Of a DNA stretch of 62,687 bases, positions 60,571-62,687 are shown piece by piece. The stretch covers positions 186,001-248,687 of the forward strand of contig NW_025765147.1 in assembly GCF_003918875.1 (NCBI RefSeq), written 5' to 3'. A model generated the notes under the pieces. It was given only the letters and a program-made list of their open reading frames with translations. It did no database searches and was not told the origin of the DNA. Numbering within the stretch: the first letter of the stretch is position 1; each line of letters starts with the position of its first letter. Source of the stretch: Haliotis rubra. Taxonomy: Eukaryota. The position numbers and the translations under genes are program-made.

Positions 60571-62333
60571 GCTTGGGATTTAGAAAGGGATATTCTACCA
60601 CTGATCATATATTTACTCTGTATGCACTAGTCAAAATCGCTATCAAAAAGAAACATAAGGTTGTACATAGCATTTGTAGATTTTAAAAGGCATTCGACTC
60701 AGTCAATCGTTTTAAATTATGGCAGTGTTTACGCAAGCACTTGGGTTTACGAGGGAAAATGGTTAGCATTCTCAAATCCAATGTATTCTAACGTTCGATC
60801 TTGTGTGCGTTGTAAAAGACAGGGTTACAAGATTTTCGATTGCCCACTTGGTTTAAAGACAGAGGTTGCTGCTTAAGTCCACTCCTATTTTCCTTCTTCA
60901 TTAGTGAATTATATCCACGATATCAATTTTAGCTGGAAAACATGGAACTAAATGTACCCAGATCTTGTAGGAAGTCCTAATGCTCCTTTTTGCTGACGAC
61001 GTTATTTTTAGTTTCGGATACTGTGAAGTCGGTTTACAAAATCAATTAAATATCTTAGAAGTTATACCTTTAAAGAATGGAAGTTAACAGTAAAATTTAA
61101 GCAAAACAGAAATTGTGATATTTAGGAGGAGGGCGGTCCCGTGGCCAGGAAACGAACGCTGGTTTTTGATGGTCAGTTGATGAATGTATCGATCAATATT
61201 CTTACTTAGGGTTTTGTTTTCAAACAGAATGAACTTGAATAAATGTGCACATAACTTAACTTTACGTGGAAAAAGGCTTTGATACAAGTTTTATCGGTTT
61301 TAACCTACAAAGTTGGAACTATGTCACCCAATGTGTTTTTAAGATATTTAATTCTCAGATTCAACCCATTTTATTATATGGATCTGAAATATGGGGTTTT
61401 CAGCGTTTCCTTTGATTGTATTGAGAGAGTGCATCTTTTAGCCTGTAAAAGTACCTCCAATGTAAGCTCAAAGACACCTAACTGCATGGTATATGGCGAA
61501 TGGCAGATTTCCTTTTGTATATCAATTCTCACATAAGATGTTTAAAATAATTGGTTTAAGGTTCTAAATATGCACGAACAACGTCTCGCCAAAATTAGCT
61601 TTACAATATGCTTTTAAATCTGGATAATTTGGGAAAACACACTTGGGTAACTGATATCAGAAATTTATTATTTTCTTCACGGTTTCGGTTTCCACCATGG
61701 TTAGAGCCAAACAATTGGCGATGTGAACTTTGGTTTATTAATGAATTTCAAGTGTTAGATCAATAGATATATTTCAATCAAGAATGGAAATCCACCCTAG
61801 ATTCAAGCTCACGATAATATAGATAATTCACAGGACCTTTAAAACGTTACTCAGCCAGAAAATACTTATCAATAATTCACAACTTATATAGTTTTAAGAA
61901 CAATGTTCGTAAGAAAGTATCGTTTAGGTTTATTTATCTTCAATGATTAATGAGATTGTTGAAAAACCTCTGTATCCAGAAAGAACATCGATATTGTCCT
62001 TTTATGTAACGTTGGAATAGAAAATGGAAATTCATTTTACCCTGATATATCCTTGTTATCACAGAATTAAGACGAAATATATACCGCACCATCGTTTCTT
62101 TAAAAGCAGCCCCATTATGCATATATATCTTTATTTACAAACCAATAATAAAGAAATATTCTTGCTCAATTGTCCTTATACTTAAAATGCGCATTAGCTA
62201 AAAAGAATCTTATAAAGCCGAATTGTATACCCATTAAATATAACATATAAATATCCAGAATATTCCTTTATCCTGTAACTCTCTCATGTATATGGGCCAG
62301 GAGGCCTCATACAATAAACATCTTTTGACTGAC
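60571..62333 (+). mobile_element. Degraded 5'-truncated non-LTR retrotransposon (RTE-X/CR1-like)
   Basis: GFRKGYSTTDHIFTL, YIAFVDFK, LSPLLF, LLFADDV; AATAAA and TGAC tail; TSD TTTGACCAG (60562-60570 / 62334-62342); site empty in paralog B (~53910). Confidence 0.75.
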
Positions 62334-62687
62334 TTTGACCAGAACACACATTTCTATAACGTCCCATCAAAGGAAAGCCTGCGTCCCTGGTGAGGTGTTA
62401 GTGGAACGTCTCGTGTATTCAGACTAGAGTACACCCAAGTCAGGGAGTCTACATTTTACTTGTATCTGGTTTGTTCACAGGCGCATGGAGTACAACTGCT
62501 GCTGACCAGTGTAAGCTTGCTAACAAAATAGTTTACAAGTTTGTGAGGTGACAGGTGCTACTTTCCGGTGGGAACAGGACATGATTATCCTTTTAAGCGC
62601 CCGCATCTTATATAATTTTAACAGATATTTTGTAACTTTCTGTTTTCCGGAATTTTGTTTCTGAAAGAAATGATCAAAACTGGGACA

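Overview
Eukaryotic, intron-containing, AT-rich animal genomic DNA, most likely a gastropod mollusc (inferred from repeat and gene style; not proven). The minus strand carries a tandem cluster of single-pass receptor genes built from one shared ectodomain cassette: signal peptide exon (58 nt), Cys mini-exon (42 nt), two exons (174+186 nt) of a fucolectin/F5-8-type-C-like beta-sandwich, and a Ser/Thr mucin stalk. One member (45367-31048) splices by hand into an intact 23-exon, 859-aa receptor protein tyrosine phosphatase with an active D1 and a degenerate D2 domain. Three paralogs end instead in an enzyme-free tail dense in YxN (Grb2-SH2-type) tyrosines. Together this looks like a paired phosphatase/adaptor receptor system undergoing birth-and-death evolution. 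A separate small TM gene spans a 16.8-kb intron filled by a nested transposon stack: an I/Nimb-type LINE containing a hAT-like element (itself holding an RT fragment and a Crypton tyrosine-recombinase element) plus a second LINE. The window also has three SINE families, Harbinger-like MITEs, Tc1/mariner remnants and a 47-bp minisatellite. All gene models were derived by manual splicing and need transcript confirmation. Many frameshifts lie in homopolymers and may be assembly errors.
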